Assembly: GCA_964016885.1 (NCBI GenBank)
Contig: OZ024742.1
Location: 372,806,001-372,870,000 of the forward strand
Reading direction: 5' to 3'
DNA from: Eledone cirrhosa
Taxonomy: Eukaryota
Length of the DNA: 64,000 nucleotides
The notes under the pieces are model-generated. The model was not told where the DNA came from. It ran no database searches and saw only the letters and a list, made by a program, of their open reading frames with translations. This document shows positions 60,320-64,000 of the stretch, piece by piece. Positions within the stretch are counted from its first letter, which is position 1. Each line of letters opens with the position of its first letter. The translations under genes were made by a program, and so were the position numbers.

Positions 60320-63290
60320 TCTATATAAACTGTAAATCTCATTCTATATAAACTGTAAATCTCTTTCTATATAAACTGTAAATTTCATTCTATAAACTCT
60401 AAATCTCTTTCTATATAAACTGTAAATCTCATTCTATATAAACTGTAAATCTCTTTCTATATAAATGTAAATTTCATTCTATATAAACTGAATCTCATTC
60501 TATATAAACTGTAAATCTCTTTCTATATAAACTGTAAATCTCATTCTATATAAACTGTAAATCTCATTCTATATAAACTGTAAATCTCATTCTATAAACT
60601 GTAAATCTCTTTCTATATAAACTGTAAATCTCATTCTATATAAGCTGTAAATCTCATTCTATTAACTGTAAATCTCATTCTATATAAACTGTAAATCTCA
60701 TTCTATATAAACTGTATATATCATTCTATAAACTGTAAATCTCAGTCTATAAACTGTAAATCTCTTTCTATATAAACTGTAAATCTCTTTCTATATGAAC
60801 TGTAAATCTCTTTCTATATAAACTGTAAATCTCATTCTATATAAGCTGTAAATCTCATTCTATGAACTGTAAATCTCTTTCTATATAAACTGTAAATCTC
60901 TTTCTATATAAACTGTAAATTTCATTCTATAAACTGTAAATCTCTTTCTATATAAACTGTAAATCTCATTCTATATAAACTGTAAATCTCTTTCTATATA
61001 AACTGTAAATCTCATTCTATATAAACTGTAAATCTCATTCTATAAACTGTAAATCTCTTTCTATATAAACTGTAAATCTCATTCTATATAAGCTGTAAAT
61101 CTCATTCTATTAACTGTAAATCTCTTTCTATATAAACTGTAAATCTCATTCTATATAAACTCTATATATCATTCTATAAACTGTAAATCTCAGTCTATAA
61201 ACTGTAAATCTCTTTCTATATAAACTGTAAATCTCTTTCTATATGAACTGTAAATCTCTTTCTATATAAACTGTAAATCTCATTCTATGTAAGCTGTAAA
61301 TCTCATTCTATGAACTGGAAATCTCTTTCTATATAAACTGTAAATCTCATTCTATGTAAACTGTAAATCTCATTCTATATAAACTGTAAATCTCTTTCTA
61401 TATAAACTGTAAATCTCATTCTATATAAACTGTAAATCTCTTTGTATATAAACTGTAAATCTCATTCTATATAAACTGTAAATCCCATTCTATAAACTGT
61501 AAATCCCTTTCTATATAACCTGTAAATCTCTTTCTATAGAAACTGTAAATCTTATGCTATAAACGGTAAATCTCATTCTCTATAAACTGTAAATCTCATT
61601 CTATATAAACTCTGAATCTGATTCTATATAAACTGTAACTCTCATTTTATATAAACTGTGAATCTCATTCTATATAAACTGTATATCTCATTCTATATAA
61701 ACTGTAAATCTCATTCGATAAACTGTAAATCTCTTTCTATATAAACTGTAAATCTCATTCTATATAAGCTGTAAATCTCATTCTATATAAACTGTAAATC
61801 TCATTCTATATAAACTGTAAATCTCATTCTATATAAACTGTAAATCTCTTTCTATATAAACTGTAAATTTCATTCTATAAACTCTAAATCTCTTTCTATA
61901 TAAACTGTAAATCTCATTCTATATAAACTGTAAATCTCTTTCTATATAAATGTAAATTTCATTCTATATAAACTGAATCTCATTCTATATAAACTGTAAA
62001 TCTCTTTCTATATAAACTGTAAATCTCATTCTATATAAACTGTAAATCTCATTCTATATAAACTGTAAATCTCATTCTATAAACTGTAAATCTCTTTCTA
62101 TATAAACTGTAAATCTCATTCTATATAAGCTGTAAATCTCATTCTATTAACTGTAAATCTCATTCTATATAAACTGTAAATCTCATTCTATATAAACTGT
62201 ATATATCATTCTATAAACTGTAAATCTCAGTCTATAAACTGTAAATCTCTTTCTATATAAACTGTAAATCTCTTTCTATATGAACTGTAAATCTCTTTCT
62301 ATATAAACTGTAAATCTCATTCTATATAAGCTGTAAATCTCATTCTATGAACTGTAAATCTCTTTCTATATAAACTGTAAATCTCTTTCTATATAAACTG
62401 TAAATTTCATTCTATAAACTGTAAATCTCTTTCTATATAAACTGTAAATCTCATTCTATATAAACTGTAAATCTCTTTCTATATAAACTGTAAATCTCAT
62501 TCTATATAAACTGTAAATCTCATTCTATAAACTGTAAATCTCTTTCTATATAAACTGTAAATCTCATTCTATATAAGCTGTAAATCTCATTCTATTAACT
62601 GTAAATCTCTTTCTATATAAACTGTAAATCTCATTCTATATAAACTCTATATATCATTCTATAAACTGTAAATCTCAGTCTATAAACTGTAAATCTCTTT
62701 CTATATAAACTGTAAATCTTTTTCTATATGAACTGTAAATCTCTTTCTATATAAACTGTAAATCTCATTCTATGTAAGCTGTAAATCTCATTCTATGAAC
62801 TGGAAATCTCTTTCTATATAAACTGTAAATCTCATTCTATGTAAACTGTAAATCTCATTCTATATAAACTGTAAATCTCTTTCTATATAAACTGTAAATC
62901 TCATTCTATATAAACTGTAAATCTCTTTGTATATAAACTGTAAATCTCATTCTATATAAACTGTAAATCCCATTCTATAAACTGTAAATCCCTTTCTATA
63001 TAACCTGTAAATCTCTTTCTATAGAAACTGTAAATCTTATGCTATAAACGGTAAATCTCATTCTATATAAACTGTAAATCTCATTCTATATAAACTCTGA
63101 ATCTGATTCTATATAAACTGTAACTCTCATTTTATATAAACTGTGAATCTCATTCTATATAAACTGTATATCTCATTCTATATAAACTGTAAATCTCATT
63201 CGATAAACTGTAAATCTCTTTCTATATAAACTGTAAATCTCATTCTATATAAGCTGTAAATCTCATTCTATATAAACTGTAAATCTCATT
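60320..63290. repeat. Direct tandem duplication with a 1,485-bp unit
   Basis: ataaatgtaaatttc (G at 60467/61952), tttgtat (G at 61444/62929) and cttatgctat (61551/63036) all give offset 1485. Confidence 0.9.
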
Positions 63291-64000
63291 CTATATAAAC
63301 TGTAAATCTCATTCTATATAAGCTGTAGATCTCATTCTATTAACTGTAAATCTCATTCTATATAAACTGTAAATCTCATTCTATATAAACTGTATATATC
63401 ATTCTATAAACTGTAAATCTCAGTCTATAAACTGTAAATCTCTTTCTATATAAACTGTAAAGCTCTTTCTATATGAACTTTAAATCTCTTTCTATATAAA
63501 CTGTAAATCTCATTCTATATAAGCTGTAAATCTCATTCTATGAACTGTAAATCTCTTTCTATATAAACTGTAAATCTCATTCTATATAAACTGTAAATCT
63601 CATTCTATAAACTGTAGATCTCTTTCTATATAAACTGTAAATCTCATTCTATATAAACTGTAAATCTCTTTCTATATAAACTGTAAATTTCATTCTATAA
63701 ACTGTAAATCTCTTTCAGTATAAACTGTAAATCTCATTCTATATAAACTGTAAATCTCTTTCTATATAAACTGTAAATCTCATTCTATATAAACTGTAAA
63801 TCTCATTCTATAAACTGTAAATCTCTTTCTATATAAACTGTAAATCTCATTCTATATAAGCTGTAAATCTCATTCTATTAACTGTAAATCTCTTTCTATA
63901 TAAACTGTAAATCTCATTCTATATAAACTGTAAATCTCTTTCTATATAAACTGTAAATCTCATTCTATATAAGCTGTAAATCTCATTCTATGAACTGTAA

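Larger units (their letters stand above)
1..64000. repeat. Satellite DNA tandem array with 23/21-bp monomers, consensus AAACTGTAAATCTC(A/T)TTCTAT(AT); extends beyond both window ends
   Basis: Monomer is read directly, e.g. 91-113 aaactgtaaatctctttctatat (23 bp) followed by 114-134 aaactgtaaatctcatgctat (21 bp). Every line of the window consists of head-to-tail copies in the same orientation, with mostly 0-3 substitutions each. Confidence 0.99.

Noticed and set aside
1-64000. CRISPR array (23-bp direct repeats)
   Set aside because: Repeats are directly adjacent with no unique spacers, no leader and no cas genes.
1-64000. Repetitive protein-coding ORF on either strand
   Set aside because: The + strand has two TAA per monomer and the minus strand has TAG/TGA. 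The 23-bp unit rotates the frame, so every frame closes within a few monomers. ATGs (ctatgaac on +, gaatgag on -) open only tiny ORFs.
1-64000. Telomerase-synthesised long telomeric repeat (yeast-like 23-mer)
   Set aside because: There is no G/T-rich telomeric core, and variants are inherited in kb-scale duplicated blocks, which indicates recombinational amplification rather than templated synthesis. A subtelomeric location is not excluded.
1-64000. Plasmid iterons or prokaryotic regulatory repeats (~22 bp)
   Set aside because: Thousands of contiguous copies with no rep gene or unique sequence are incompatible with iteron clusters.
1-64000. Individual promoters at the TATATAAA motifs
   Set aside because: The motif is simply the monomer junction, with no downstream genes, so it was not annotated as a regulatory feature.
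1-64000. Assignment to a named satellite (Drosophila virilis AAACTAC-type, human HSat GGAAT, avian W 21-bp families)
   Set aside because: Only 4-5 bp or monomer-length resemblance, which is insufficient without a database search.

Overview
The whole 64 kb window is one uninterrupted, single-orientation, AT-rich (~22% GC) tandem satellite array. It is built from a 23-bp monomer AAACTGTAAATCTC[A/T]TTCTATAT and a 21-bp variant AAACTGTAAATCTCATTCTAT (about 2,850 monomers, estimated as 64,000/22.5). I see no unique sequence, genes, RNA genes, transposons, CRISPR spacers or inversions. The interest lies in the internal architecture. The monomers follow an ordering rule that gives 67/90/113-bp groups, and these often add up to 180- and 360-bp periods. 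Rare SNV markers reveal nested duplications at about 1.1, 1.25, 1.49, 1.54, 1.68, 2.08, 2.8, 3.54, 3.8-4.06, 10.1, 10.7 and 26-28 kb. Two variant sub-families occupy alternating domains, and there is a probable short gene-conversion patch. The array looks like eukaryotic heterochromatic (peri-centromeric, centromeric, subtelomeric or sex-chromosome) satellite, but neither the organism nor the family can be named from the sequence alone. All offsets were read by eye from marker positions, and block boundaries are approximate.
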